From an uncultured delta proteobacterium (GTDB taxonomy: Bacteria; Desulfobacterota; Desulfobacteria; Desulfobacterales; JAFDCJ01): 64,000 bases of DNA. A program made the position numbers and the translations under genes. The DNA lies in assembly GCA_963769935.1 (NCBI GenBank), contig CAVYNY010000030.1:75394-139393 (forward strand), read 5' to 3'. Position 1 is the stretch's first letter. Every line of letters starts with the position of its first letter. This document shows positions 30,180 through 40,725 of the stretch, piece by piece. The notes beneath the pieces are model-generated. The model was given only the letters and a program-made list of their open reading frames with translations. It was not told the origin of the DNA and searched no databases.

Positions 30180-31529
30180 ATGAACCGCACAGAAAACAAA
30201 TCCAAACCTCGTCGATATGAATTTGTCTTAGGGCCCGCTTCTTTTTTCGATATGCCGGAAATTCTGGAAGGCGCCTCGCTGGAAATCGATATCCAATCCG
30301 ATGGCGTGGTCGGCAGCCGGGCGCGCACAGAAAAACGGGTCCGAGTCATCCGTCTGTCTTTTATCAGTCAGCTCTGGCATGGATTTACCTGGAAGCATCA
30401 GGCCCGGATATACCTGCCGGTAGCTAATAGGCTGCATGAGCATGTGGGGATTATCGGCACTCACAGATTGTTTACCCAACCGGGTGACAAACGGGAGTTC
30501 ATCCCCGGCACCGGTCTGCGCTCTGAAGATGAATTTGCTGAAGGCACGGCGCTGGATCTTAACATCCCGATCATGATTTTCAGTACGCCGGATGAAGGCC
30601 TGGATGATATGGACGAATCCGACCTGATGGGATTTGGCATGCAGAACATGATGAAAACCGGTGATCTGACCTGGTCAGGGTATTATGCAATCGCAAAGTC
30701 ATATTTGCGTGCGATCACGCTCATGCAGATTCACCCGGACATCCGGGCTGAAAAGGCGGTTTTGCTGGGCTGCTCAAAAAGAGGATTGGCCGTCAGCATC
30801 TGCGCCGGTGCCGATCCCGGACGGGTGGCGGGAGTGATGATCACTTGCTTTCCCGGCGGCAACCTTCTTGGCATGGCGGCAAATAAGTACAAGGCTTTCG
30901 GGCCGGAGATCAGTGGCCCCTTGGAATCAAAAACAGGTCCTGGTTTCCAACCGCCGAAAGTTCAGCTGCGAACGCTCAACAATCCCGTCGGATTCGGCTA
31001 TCTAATGGCTTTTGATCCCTATTTATGGCGTGAGCAGATTAAAGCTGCTTATCTGGTTGCGATCGGCACCAATGACGAGTTTTACGGGTTGGAAGCTCCC
31101 AATGAAATGCTTGAGGAGTTTTCAGACAACAAAGCTTTTCTGGCGGTCGACAATCTGCCGCATACCTGGATTTCTCGGAAACATCTGGCAGCGTGGCGCA
31201 TGTGGCTGCGATATACCTTTCAGGGGGTCAAGATTCCACAAGTGACAACAAAGCTGGAAAAGGCTGCCGCCGTCGTCAATATTACCGCTGATGTCATTTT
31301 CGATGCAGCACCTTTGCAGGTCAGGCTCTACTATTCATACAACCATTCGCATGATTGGCGGTTCTCCAAGTGGAACCATAAAGAAATGGAACTGGTTTCA
31401 AATCGGTATCAAAGCCAACTGGAGGCTGTTCCTGATTCCCATCTGGCTTTATACGCAGAAGTTGGATATGAAGCAAATGGTGAACCGGCTTATGTAAGCT
31501 CCCTGGTTGCCGTTTTGCCGCATGGGTGA
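30180..31529 (+). CDS. PqaA-like alpha/beta hydrolase
   Basis: WKHQARIYLP, nucleophile elbow GCSKRG, GTNDEFY and NLPH. Confidence 0.7.
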   Translation: MNRTENKSKPRRYEFVLGPASFFDMPEILEGASLEIDIQSDGVVGSRARTEKRVRVIRLSFISQLWHGFTWKHQARIYLPVANRLHEHVGIIGTHRLFTQPGDKREFIPGTGLRSEDEFAEGTALDLNIPIMIFSTPDEGLDDMDESDLMGFGMQNMMKTGDLTWSGYYAIAKSYLRAITLMQIHPDIRAEKAVLLGCSKRGLAVSICAGADPGRVAGVMITCFPGGNLLGMAANKYKAFGPEISGPLESKTGPGFQPPKVQLRTLNNPVGFGYLMAFDPYLWREQIKAAYLVAIGTNDEFYGLEAPNEMLEEFSDNKAFLAVDNLPHTWISRKHLAAWRMWLRYTFQGVKIPQVTTKLEKAAAVVNITADVIFDAAPLQVRLYYSYNHSHDWRFSKWNHKEMELVSNRYQSQLEAVPDSHLALYAEVGYEANGEPAYVSSLVAVLPHG

Positions 31530-31551
31530 AGTCCGGCATTCCATCCATTCA

Positions 31552-32541
31552 TCAATACAGCAGGCAGGCCACAAAGTGTCCGGGAGCAATTTCCTTTAGC
31601 TGCGGATCGACCGATTTGCACTGCTCCATGGCCACCGGACAACGGGAAGCGAGTCTGCAGCAGGATGGTGGATCAATTGGGGAACTGATTTCGCCGATGA
31701 GTTTGACCCCGGCATCTCTTCGTTCCAATCCCGGCATGGAAGCTATCAGGGCACGCGAGTACGGGTGGCAGGGGTTCTCGAACAGCATTTCGGTCTGCGC
31801 CAGCTCGGCCACCTTTCCCATGTAGATCACCGCCACCTCGTGCGAAATATGCCGCACGACGTTCAGATCATGGGACACGAACAGATAAGCCAGGCCCTGT
31901 TCTTCCTGTAGCCTTTTTAATAGATTCAGAACCTGGGCCTGCACCGAAACATCCAGGGCGGATACGGGTTCATCGCAGATAATCACCTGGGGATTGACGG
32001 CCAGGGCGCGGGCGATCGCGATTCGCTGCCGTTGCCCGCCGCTGAACTCGTGCGGGTACCGATATAATTGTCCGGCATCCAGGCCCACTTGATGCAGTAT
32101 ACCGATGATGGCTTCCAGCCGCTGCTGCTGATTCAGATGCGTATGCAGCTTCAGGGGGCGTTCAACGATGGTTTTCAAAGTCTGACGCGGATCCAGGGAA
32201 CTGTACGGGTCCTGAAACACCATCTGCAGGCGCTGACGAAAGGTCCGCACCCGCATACCTGCGATATGGATACGAGTGCCCCTATCGTAATGGATGATTT
32301 CCCCCGATGTTGGCTGGTGATAGTGAACCATGGTAAAGGCGATCGTTGATTTGCCCGATCCGCTCTCCCCAACCAGGCCGAGTGTCTTGCCCGGGTATAT
32401 CTTCAGATTGACGTTGTCCACGGCCTTGAGCGTCGCTTTTTTGCCCAGGTCATAGACGCTGAAATATTTGCACAGGTTTCTGGCTTCCAGGATCGGCTGG
32501 CTGTTTGGCGCATACCGGCTTGTATGTTCTGTCATGATCAC
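31552..32541 (-). CDS. Oligopeptide/dipeptide ABC ATP-binding protein (OppF/DppF type)
   Basis: [25 protein letters not shown] and a C-terminal Cys cluster. Confidence 0.92.
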   Translation of the reverse strand: MIMTEHTSRYAPNSQPILEARNLCKYFSVYDLGKKATLKAVDNVNLKIYPGKTLGLVGESGSGKSTIAFTMVHYHQPTSGEIIHYDRGTRIHIAGMRVRTFRQRLQMVFQDPYSSLDPRQTLKTIVERPLKLHTHLNQQQRLEAIIGILHQVGLDAGQLYRYPHEFSGGQRQRIAIARALAVNPQVIICDEPVSALDVSVQAQVLNLLKRLQEEQGLAYLFVSHDLNVVRHISHEVAVIYMGKVAELAQTEMLFENPCHPYSRALIASMPGLERRDAGVKLIGEISSPIDPPSCCRLASRCPVAMEQCKSVDPQLKEIAPGHFVACLLY

Positions 32542-32547
32542 GTTCGG

Positions 32548-33510
32548 CTAAACCATGTGGCAGGCGATGAAATGATCTTTTTCGATCTCTCTTAACACGG
32601 GAACTTCCTGACGACAAATTTTATCGGCCAGCTTGCAGCGGGGGTGGAATGCGCAGCCGCCGGGAACCTGAAGCATATCGGGCACCATGCCTGGAATCGG
32701 TGTCAGATAATCGCTCTTTTTCCCGATTTGCGGCTGCGATTCTTTCAGACCGATGGTGTAAGGATGCACGGGTTTCTTGAATACCTCCGCGGTCGGTCCG
32801 ATCTCCACTTGCCGGCCGGCGTACATCACGCAGATTCGGGCACACACATCCGCCACCACATACAGGTTATGGGATATCAGCATCAAGGCCATGTTGCTTT
32901 TTTGAATTCGTTCGGCCAGCAGGTCCAGGATCTGGGCCTGGATGGTCACATCCAGGGCGGTGGTCGGTTCATCGGCGATCAGCAGCGACGGGTTGCAGGA
33001 AATGGCCATGGCGATCATCACCCGCTGGCGCATCCCGCCTGAAAGCTCGTGCGGATACTGCTTCAACCGCTCGCGGGGCGACGGAATTCCGACCATCTTT
33101 AAATAATCCATGGCCCGGTCGTCGGCTTCTTTTATCGTAGCGTCCAGGTGGGTCTTAATGCCGGCGCGCATCTGCCGGCCGATGGTAAACACCGGATTCA
33201 GACTGGTCATGGGCTCCTGGAAAATCATGGCAACCCGGGAACCGCGTATCCGGCGCATTTCCCGCATGGGCAGGCTGAATACATCGTTATGGTCCAGCAT
33301 CACGCGCCCTGTGGTAACGGCCGGCGGCGTCGGGTTGAGCCGATTGATGGTTTTGGCCGTGACGCTTTTACCGCTGCCGGACTCGCCCACGATGCCCAGG
33401 GTTTCCCCTTTATTCAACGTCAGATTCACCTGGTTGACCGCTTTAAGCTTGCCGGCCCTCAGTTCGAATGTGACACACACCTCTTGCAATGACAAAAAAT
33501 GGTCGTCCAT
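32548..33510 (-). CDS. Oligopeptide/dipeptide ABC ATP-binding protein (OppD/DppD type)
   Basis: [30 protein letters not shown] and GCAFHPRC. Confidence 0.92.
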   Translation of the reverse strand: MDDHFLSLQEVCVTFELRAGKLKAVNQVNLTLNKGETLGIVGESGSGKSVTAKTINRLNPTPPAVTTGRVMLDHNDVFSLPMREMRRIRGSRVAMIFQEPMTSLNPVFTIGRQMRAGIKTHLDATIKEADDRAMDYLKMVGIPSPRERLKQYPHELSGGMRQRVMIAMAISCNPSLLIADEPTTALDVTIQAQILDLLAERIQKSNMALMLISHNLYVVADVCARICVMYAGRQVEIGPTAEVFKKPVHPYTIGLKESQPQIGKKSDYLTPIPGMVPDMLQVPGGCAFHPRCKLADKICRQEVPVLREIEKDHFIACHMV

Positions 33511-33526
33511 AACTCCAACAGCTTGA

Positions 33527-34459
33527 CTATTTTTCCGACAAGCGCGGATCTAAAACGTCACGCAATCCGTCACCCAGCAGGTTTGCGCCCAGTACCGTGA
33601 AAAATATGGCCATCCCGGGGTAGACAGCCACCATGGGCGCGGTTTCCATCAGGTCCCGGGCTTCGTTCAGCATGAGGCCCCAGCTGGGTTCCGGAGGTGG
33701 AGGGCCCAGACCCAGAAACGTCAGTCCGGCGAACACCAGCAGGGTGTAACCCAGCCGCACCGTGGCCATGACTATCAAAGGGGACGCCACATTGGGAATG
33801 ATCTGCCGGTACAAAATCCACAGACCGTTTTCCCCGATCAGCTCGGCTGCCTTTACGTAGTCCCGCTCCCTTTCCGCGATGACCAGTCCCCGGGTCATCC
33901 GGACCAGGCTGGGCGCGCCTCCGATGATCAACGCCAGAATGCATGGCCACAAGCCGGCACCCATAATGGCCAGGATGGCCATGTACAGAATTAAGCCCGG
34001 AAAAGAGAGCAGGGCATCGTTTATCCGCATGAGCACGTTGTCGATCCAGACCCCGTAATAGCCGGCCAGGGCGCCGATCGCGACACCAATCAGCATCTGC
34101 AGCGGGACAACGGCCAGCGCCACCATGACCGCGTTGCGTGCCCCCCACACCAGGCGCGACCATATATCACGGCCCAGCTGGTCGGTGCCCATCCAGTGCT
34201 CGGCGCTGGCCGGGGCCCTGAGGTTTAAAAAATCTCCCTGGATGGGGTCATGGGTGGCCAGCCAGGGGGCAAAAACGGCCGTAAGCACCACAATTGTGCA
34301 GATAATCAGTCCAACCAGCGCAATCCGGGATTCCACCAGGCGGCTGAACGTCTTGTCCACGCGCATAATAAATCGTACCAGTGCTCCTTTGAAACCGGAT
34401 TCGCCGGTGATGCTGCCGGCGCTGTCAAATTGCGGATTCGCCTTGCTTGAGTTCGTCAT
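33527..34459 (-). CDS. Oligopeptide/dipeptide ABC permease (OppC/DppC type)
   Basis: HWMGTDQLGRD and FLGLG...PSWG. Start placed at MTNSSK; the ORF-track extension overlaps the oppB-like gene. Confidence 0.9.
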   Translation of the reverse strand: MTNSSKANPQFDSAGSITGESGFKGALVRFIMRVDKTFSRLVESRIALVGLIICTIVVLTAVFAPWLATHDPIQGDFLNLRAPASAEHWMGTDQLGRDIWSRLVWGARNAVMVALAVVPLQMLIGVAIGALAGYYGVWIDNVLMRINDALLSFPGLILYMAILAIMGAGLWPCILALIIGGAPSLVRMTRGLVIAERERDYVKAAELIGENGLWILYRQIIPNVASPLIVMATVRLGYTLLVFAGLTFLGLGPPPPEPSWGLMLNEARDLMETAPMVAVYPGMAIFFTVLGANLLGDGLRDVLDPRLSEK

Positions 34460-34464
34460 TTGAT

Positions 34465-35415
34465 CTATTCCAGTTGGATCCTCGGGTCCAGCCACTTGTA
34501 AATGATATCCACCAGCAGGTTGATCAGGATGAATGCGGACGACAGGACGATGATCCCCCCCTGGACCACCGGGTAGTCCTTGGCCATGATGCCTTCGTAG
34601 ATCATGTTGCCGATCCCCGGCCAGGAAAATATCTGCTCGATGACCACCGTCCCTCCCAGAAGCATGGCAAAGCGAATGGAGGAAATGGTCAGCGTGGGAA
34701 TCATGGCGTTCTTCAAGGTGAAGCGGGCCACGATCTCGGTTTCGCTCAACCCCTGCGACCGATGCGTTTGGACATAATCCTTGTTTAACTCCTCCAGCAT
34801 GGTTGAGCGGGTCATCCGGGTGAGCACCCCCGTCATTTCGATCCCCAGCGTAAATGCCGGCAAAAACAGGTGGTGCAGAAACCCCGTGATGCTCTGGCCG
34901 GGAGGGACGTAGCCGATTATCGGGAACCATTTCAAAACCAAACCGAAATAGAGCATCAGCATGAGTCCCGCCCAGAAGGAGGGCAGGCTCAGGCCCACCA
35001 GCGCCGTTACCTGGGCGGCATAATCCACCAGGGACTTTCGCTTTACCGCCGCGAAAATCCCCAGGGGAAATGAAAACAGGAGCGCAAAGAACATTCCGCC
35101 GACTGCCAGGTAAACCGTTCGCGGCAGCGCTTCCCCCACGATCACGGAAACCGGCCGGGCATGGAGGATGGAACGCCCCAGGTCCCCCCGCAGCACCTTT
35201 GCCAGCCAGATACCGTACTGCACGATGATCGGTTTGTCGAAGCCATACTTCTGGATAACCGCCTGCCGGACCTCGTCGCTGGCATTGATTTCAACCAGGG
35301 AATCCACCGGGTTCCCGGGGATCAGATGGAGGATGGAAAACACCAGAACCGTCACCAGGAACATGGTGGGCACCATATACAGCAGCCGGCGGACCAGAAA
35401 TCGCCTCAGTCCCAT
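34465..35415 (-). CDS. Oligopeptide/dipeptide ABC permease (OppB/DppB type)
   Basis: LIPGNPV, GDLGRS, IEQIFSWPGIG and LDPRI. Confidence 0.92.
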   Translation of the reverse strand: MGLRRFLVRRLLYMVPTMFLVTVLVFSILHLIPGNPVDSLVEINASDEVRQAVIQKYGFDKPIIVQYGIWLAKVLRGDLGRSILHARPVSVIVGEALPRTVYLAVGGMFFALLFSFPLGIFAAVKRKSLVDYAAQVTALVGLSLPSFWAGLMLMLYFGLVLKWFPIIGYVPPGQSITGFLHHLFLPAFTLGIEMTGVLTRMTRSTMLEELNKDYVQTHRSQGLSETEIVARFTLKNAMIPTLTISSIRFAMLLGGTVVIEQIFSWPGIGNMIYEGIMAKDYPVVQGGIIVLSSAFILINLLVDIIYKWLDPRIQLE

Positions 35416-35416
35416 C

Positions 35417-37108
35417 TTAGCTCTCCAGCCAGGCTTCCTTGAACCCCTGTTCCTGGATGTAGTAATTCCCGGGGTTGAAATTCTTCAGCTTTTTGCTCCA
35501 GCCGTTGGCCAGAACCATCGTCATGTATGGGATAAAAAAAGCCTTTTCGTTGGTCCTCAACACAACTTTTTTGAATTTCTCCCGCCGTTTCCGAAGGTCC
35601 ATCTCCGCGGACATATCGTCCAGCAGCCGGTCCAGCTCCGGATCCTTCACTCCCGTTATCGGCGCATAACCGTCATAGGGTTTGGCCGGGTCGGTATGAA
35701 GAAAGCTGTAATAATAAGTCATGGGATCGTCGCCGCCCACGGTGAAGACGAACATCTGGTAGGTCATGGTACGGAGGTTGTTCCAGTACTGAAGGCCCAT
35801 CTGCGTGGTAATCTTGATGCGGAAACCTGCCGGCCGGGCCATCTGCTGCACCACCTGCGCCATCAGGTCGTTCTTGCCCCAGGTCGGGGTGATCTTGAAT
35901 TCCACGTCGATGCCGTCGGGATAACCGGCTTCCTTCAGCAGTTGCTTGGCCTTGGCGATGTCGGGCTCCGGTACTTTGATATCGTCGAAGCCCCAAAGAG
36001 ATTCGGAGGGTTGAAACCCCTGGACCGTCGGAATCCCCCGTTCTCCGTACAACGCCTGGGCCAGTTTCCTGCGATCGATACTAAGAGCCAGCGCTTGACG
36101 GACTCTCTCATCGTGAAAAGGCGAATGCCCAATTTCCGGGAGATTGTTCAGGTAGATTGTCATGGTGGCGTCATTCAACCTGGGATAGAATATCAGATTA
36201 TCCTTTTCAAAAGGCACATACAGTTTTTGCCCCTGGAACAATTTCGCGAAGTATTCGTCAATCACGCCGTAAATATAGTCCACATCTCCGGCTCTCAGGG
36301 CCATGGTCCTGGGCTGGTCCTTGATGACCAGCATCTCGACCCCGTCCAGGTAGGGCAGCCCCGGTATGCGGTAATCCTTGAATGCTTTGAAAAAGGCCCT
36401 CTGGTTCTGCTGGAATTCCACCAACTCGAATGGTCCGGTTCCCGGCGGTGCGACCCGGTCGGATTTAAAGTCGGTGGATTCCCCGAAGATCTTGCCCTGG
36501 GGAATGGAATCCTTGGGCATGATCGGCGCATTGACCCAGGCGTTGGCGATCAGAAAGGCGGCGTAAGGCTGGGTAAGATTGGCCACCACCGTGTAACGAT
36601 CCGGTGTCTCTATCGATTTCAGGTAAGCCCCCAGTATTTTTCGCGCAGCCGCCATATGCGCCGGGTCTTGGATCCGCTCCCAGTTCCATTTGACATCGCC
36701 GGAGTCGAATTCCTTGCCGTCGTGGAATTTGACGCCCTTTTTAAGGTGAAACACATAGCGGGCGCCTCCTTGTTCGATATCCCAGGAGTCCGCCAGCATC
36801 GGCTTGACCTCCGGGACGGCTTCCGGCCCTTTTTCCTTCATGATTTGAAAGCGTTCTCCCAGGGAAATGGGGTCCACCAATCCTTCCCAGGCCAGGGCGG
36901 CATCCTGGCGGCCCCAGGTACCGTTTCGGCGCTGAGGATCGGGAGATTGAATCAAAAACGACATCCCGCATTTCAGGATGCCGCCGCGCCGGGGTGTTGC
37001 GGCAAACAGGGAAGCTCCCCCCAGGGACAGGGCCACAGTTCCGGCCGCACCGGCCGCCATAATTTTAACGAACTCCCGTCGGGACATCTGTTTCTTATGG
37101 TTGCTCAT
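35417..37108 (-). CDS. ABC substrate-binding protein, family 5, with Tat signal
   Basis: SRREFVK twin-arginine signal, LKKGVKFHDG, GTGPF and KAKQLLKEAG. Confidence 0.9.
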   Translation of the reverse strand: MSNHKKQMSRREFVKIMAAGAAGTVALSLGGASLFAATPRRGGILKCGMSFLIQSPDPQRRNGTWGRQDAALAWEGLVDPISLGERFQIMKEKGPEAVPEVKPMLADSWDIEQGGARYVFHLKKGVKFHDGKEFDSGDVKWNWERIQDPAHMAAARKILGAYLKSIETPDRYTVVANLTQPYAAFLIANAWVNAPIMPKDSIPQGKIFGESTDFKSDRVAPPGTGPFELVEFQQNQRAFFKAFKDYRIPGLPYLDGVEMLVIKDQPRTMALRAGDVDYIYGVIDEYFAKLFQGQKLYVPFEKDNLIFYPRLNDATMTIYLNNLPEIGHSPFHDERVRQALALSIDRRKLAQALYGERGIPTVQGFQPSESLWGFDDIKVPEPDIAKAKQLLKEAGYPDGIDVEFKITPTWGKNDLMAQVVQQMARPAGFRIKITTQMGLQYWNNLRTMTYQMFVFTVGGDDPMTYYYSFLHTDPAKPYDGYAPITGVKDPELDRLLDDMSAEMDLRKRREKFKKVVLRTNEKAFFIPYMTMVLANGWSKKLKNFNPGNYYIQEQGFKEAWLES

Positions 37109-37470
37109 GTTCCTATTCCTCCTTCGCATTAAAGGTTTCACGATCACGGAATGCAGCATCTTTTTGAAGGGCAATTTCCATTTTTAAACCGTTGCCGGGG
37201 TTTATTCAGAACTTACTAAGCCGAGCATAATTCAATAGACATAGATGCATTTAAAATCGAAAACAAACATTCACCTTGCGCAGAATGCCCTGCTCCAAAT
37301 GCCATTTCGAAATTTATAAAACCATGGCAGCTGACGGGGCATCTTTTATGTCTACTTAATGATGAGCTTCTCTGTATATGGGATCGACCCCGGGATGGTT
37401 CACTGCTTTGACCATTGCGCCATTTTAAAACGGGAGCGGCTTATAAACGGTCTGGACCAGAGGGCCCGTG

Positions 37471-38187
37471 TCAGGCATAGATCAACTCTTTGCTTCCCGT
37501 CTTCACATTTGAGTCGATCTGTTCCTGCAACTCCACAGAATAGTTGCGTCTGATATTTTCAATTCCTGACTGCACGTTTGATTTGACAAACGCTTTCAGT
37601 TTATCGGCGTCTTTATCCCGAATCGCCTTGAGGATATTCCGGTGATCTTTATTGAATGTGGCGAGATCCCTGTACATCTCTCTCCGGCAGAGACAGCTGC
37701 GGAATATCAATATCTGGTCGAGCCACAAGGCAACGGCGCGATGAAGATGGTTCCAGCCGGCAGGCTTATAAAGATTCAGGTGAAATTCCCGGTTCAATAC
37801 AAAATGGTCTGCGAAGTCTTCCCTATCGTCAGATAAGGACTCCATTTGAGTGCTTAAATGCGCTAACTCCTTAATTTGATCATAGGTGAGATTTTTTAAG
37901 GCCGCTGCGGCAATTGTGGGTTCAGCGTGAAGTCTTAGCTCAAAAATCACTTCCAGTTCGGCCAATGTCAGAGGTTTTGCCACATAAGTGCCCTTGTTGG
38001 TGATCGTCTCAGCCAACCCATAGCCCACTATCTGGCGAATCGCATCTCGAATGGCCTCACGGCTTAGTGACAGCTCCTTTTCAAGTTTGGCTGGAACCAA
38101 TTGCGTGCCGGGCTTTAACTCTCCCTGCAGGATGGACTTTCTGAGACCCTCTAAAGCCATCTCAGTCATCGTCATGTATCGTGCCAT
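37471..38187 (-). CDS. GntR-family regulator (FCD domain), paralog of 20704..21342
   Basis: GELKPGTQL...SREAIRDAI; NREFHLNLY..AGWNH parallels NRKFHLTLY..SGWRH. Confidence 0.88.
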   Translation of the reverse strand: MARYMTMTEMALEGLRKSILQGELKPGTQLVPAKLEKELSLSREAIRDAIRQIVGYGLAETITNKGTYVAKPLTLAELEVIFELRLHAEPTIAAAALKNLTYDQIKELAHLSTQMESLSDDREDFADHFVLNREFHLNLYKPAGWNHLHRAVALWLDQILIFRSCLCRREMYRDLATFNKDHRNILKAIRDKDADKLKAFVKSNVQSGIENIRRNYSVELQEQIDSNVKTGSKELIYA

Positions 38188-38447
38188 TGCATCACCGCTA
38201 TGAGAATTCTGTAAAAATGGTTTTCGTTGGGGCAAAGAAGACCGGCTCTGAGTAGAGCATGACTGCCGGCTGCCAGAACCGACCGCCGGCAGTGTTCCGG
38301 CGGCGCCGATCCGGTTCCTTATTACGACGTGGGGCCAGTTTGAAATCCAGGGAGAAGCGTTTGAGTCTCAAGATCCTGACTGAGAGAATATGCAGCAACA
38401 TCAGAACACAATCGGCGTCCTCAACTGTACAATTAATAGCATCATCT

Positions 38448-38494
38448 GTATTTTGTATTTCACCAAATACCAAATACTAAATTGATCTGTCAAC
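38448..38494 (-). promoter_or_regulatory. Promoter with a 13-bp inverted repeat (operator candidate)
   Basis: gtattttgtattt-cacc-aaataccaaatac (one mismatch) beside a minus-strand TTGACA at about 38488-38493. Confidence 0.55.
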
Positions 38495-38532
38495 AATTTC
38501 TTTAATTGAGTTTAGAAATGAAAGAACTATGC

Positions 38533-38779
38533 TTAGCCAGACGAGATAATAATCTCATCTTTTCGGCTTATGAACGTGAAAAACCCCTCTTCGTCCTTAA
38601 TGCCGATATCTCCGGTCAGCATCCACATCCCTATAAATTTTTCTTTTGTTGCCGGAGGGCTCCTCCAACATTCCTTTAAGACCACCGGATTCCTATCTGT
38701 CGCCTTTACGGCTGTCTCATCTTGTTCTCCTGGTGAAAGGATATTGCCGTTCTTTTCCAGGACCTCGAGGGCAGCCGGG
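38533..38779 (-). pseudogene. Degenerate fragment of an AMP-binding (acyl-CoA synthetase) gene
   Basis: Reads LEVLEKNGNILSPGEQDETAVK...WMLTGDIGIKDEEGFFTFISRKDEIIISSG*, covering the TGD and RxDxxI motifs, with no start codon and a premature stop. Confidence 0.7.
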
Positions 38780-38782
38780 CAA

Positions 38783-40673
38783 TTAATTCCATTTTATCTT
38801 TAATTTGATGGGCAAGTCGATGAAAGCATGGATCATTTCCACTTCGGTCTCTTGTCTATTTATTTCCACCTTGCCCAAATTAATGACTACAGTTACATTA
38901 GTTGTGCCATCTTTGAGAGTTTCGGTCGTGATATCAGCAATAGTCCTTTGATCTATGTATTTCGATAGAATCTGGCGCGTCTTTTCCTTTACTCCCAATT
39001 CGCGAAGAGATGGTTTGAATATTTTTCCGACAGTCGTCGTTGGCATCTCTGCAATCTCAAAAATTTTTTTAGGTTTGGCCGGTGGTTCAGCAATGTGCTT
39101 GATCATATATTTTTCGAAATCCACAATGTCCAGATCTTTGCCCGGTGCCTTTACGACAAAGAGAATCGGCACCTCACCGGCATACTCGTCAGGCATACCC
39201 ACAGCGGCACTCAGCGCTACCGCTGGATGGGCATCGGCAACTTCTTCAATAGAGGCCGGATCAATATTGTGGCCGCTACGAATAATGAGATCTTTTTGGC
39301 GACCAGTTAAAAACAGCCTATTTTCATCATTCATATAGCCTAAATCTCCGGTCACCAGCCAGCCGCCTTCCAACAAAGCCCCGGCATTATGCTGCGGGTC
39401 TTTGTATCCCGGAAACACCTGCGGTCCGCGAACCAGCACGGCTCCTATCTCCCCGACATCGCATTTAACCACGGTTTCATTTTCAAGTTCTTTCTGTCTG
39501 GCAACCATAAGGTCGGAAAAAGGAACCCTCAGGCCGGCCGATCCGAGAATCCGCTTCCCCATGACAGGATTGCTCGAAATCATGGCACCCGTCTCCGTCA
39601 TTCCGTATTGTTCGTAAAGCGGGCCGTTTATCTTTTTTTCGAAACGCTCACCGACAGGCACCGGACATAGGGAACCACCCGTGAAGCCCATTCGCACGGA
39701 TGAAATGTCGGCATCTCCAACCGGGACATCGGAAATGGCAACAATGGCCGTTGGCACGCCGCCTACGATTGTCGCTTTATACCGTTCAACAATTTTCCAA
39801 TAGTTGCGAAGTATATCCTGGTTTCTCAAACCATAGGGGGAAAGAATGACATCGTGCGCACCGGCGGCCATTCCGGACATGCCCAGTGATATCGTCCCTC
39901 CGACATGAAACATCGGCAGACAATTCAAAACCACATCGGTTTCATCGATGCGCCACATCTGCGCAAACGCCCAGGCACCATGGATCTGGTTGCCATGGGT
40001 CAGCTGCACGAGCTTTGGAGTTCCGGTTGTACCCCCGGTGTGAAACAAGGCGGCGATTGTATTTCTGCCTATTTCTCTGGCAAAGGTTAAACGGTCATTA
40101 GGATAGGCCTTGACCGTTTCATCGAAATCATGCATGCGGCTATCTTTTGCCGGCCCACCGCCGAGAACGAATATCTTTTCGATCATATCTGCTTGGGCGA
40201 TGACTGCCTGGACCTTTGCCCAAATGTCTTTGTCCACATTCGGACCGGGAACGACGAGAACCTCCGCATTTTCCGCATGCAGCAAATCAACGATTACGTC
40301 GGGATTGAGAAGGTAGTTGATGCTGCTCACAATACCGGCCGTCTGCGCACCCCAGATCGTGGCCGGGATTTGGTCATAGGTCGGAGAAATAATGGCGACG
40401 ACACCGCCTTTTCTCGTGACCGTATCGTACATCATGTTGGCCACACGCGTAACTTCTCGCAATAGTTCTTTATTGGTCCGGGTATGGGCGGCATCGTCTA
40501 AATTGCCTGAAGGCAGAACCGTTAACCCCGGTCTGTCAGGGTAAAGTGTAGCAGTGGCAGTGAAAAGATCATAGACACTTTTTGCTGTCACCAATTCGTC
40601 ATAAGGTTTGCTTCTCAAGGGATTCAATATCCTCGAGGCCTCTAATTGGTATGGTGCATTTTGTTGTTCTCAT
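38783..40673 (-). pseudogene. Acyl-CoA synthetase copy B with a +1 frameshift near codon 22-23 (pseudogene or sequencing error)
   Basis: ATG at 40673 gives MRTTKCTIPIRGLEDIESLEKQTL*. CAAACCTTAT here versus CAACCTTAC in copy A. FHTGGTTGTPK, YGMTE and TGD are intact downstream. Confidence 0.8.
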
Positions 40674-40725
40674 CTTTCTCCTGCGATTTTCAATATGCTA
40701 TATTGACATAATGTAAGCGCCCATA

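Noticed and set aside
34460..34930. Long N-terminal ORF-track extensions (oppC-like here; also at 7029, 7406, 16659 and 50785)
   Set aside because: They overlap neighbouring genes or promoters, and downstream ATGs fit family lengths better.
35168..37132. 654-aa plus-strand ORF
   Set aside because: It is antisense to clear family 5 binding-protein and permease genes and has no motifs, so it is a shadow ORF.
38198..38473. 91-aa ORF or leader RNA upstream of the second GntR
   Set aside because: It overlaps the promoter palindrome and has no RBS or motif; only one 9-bp stem was seen.
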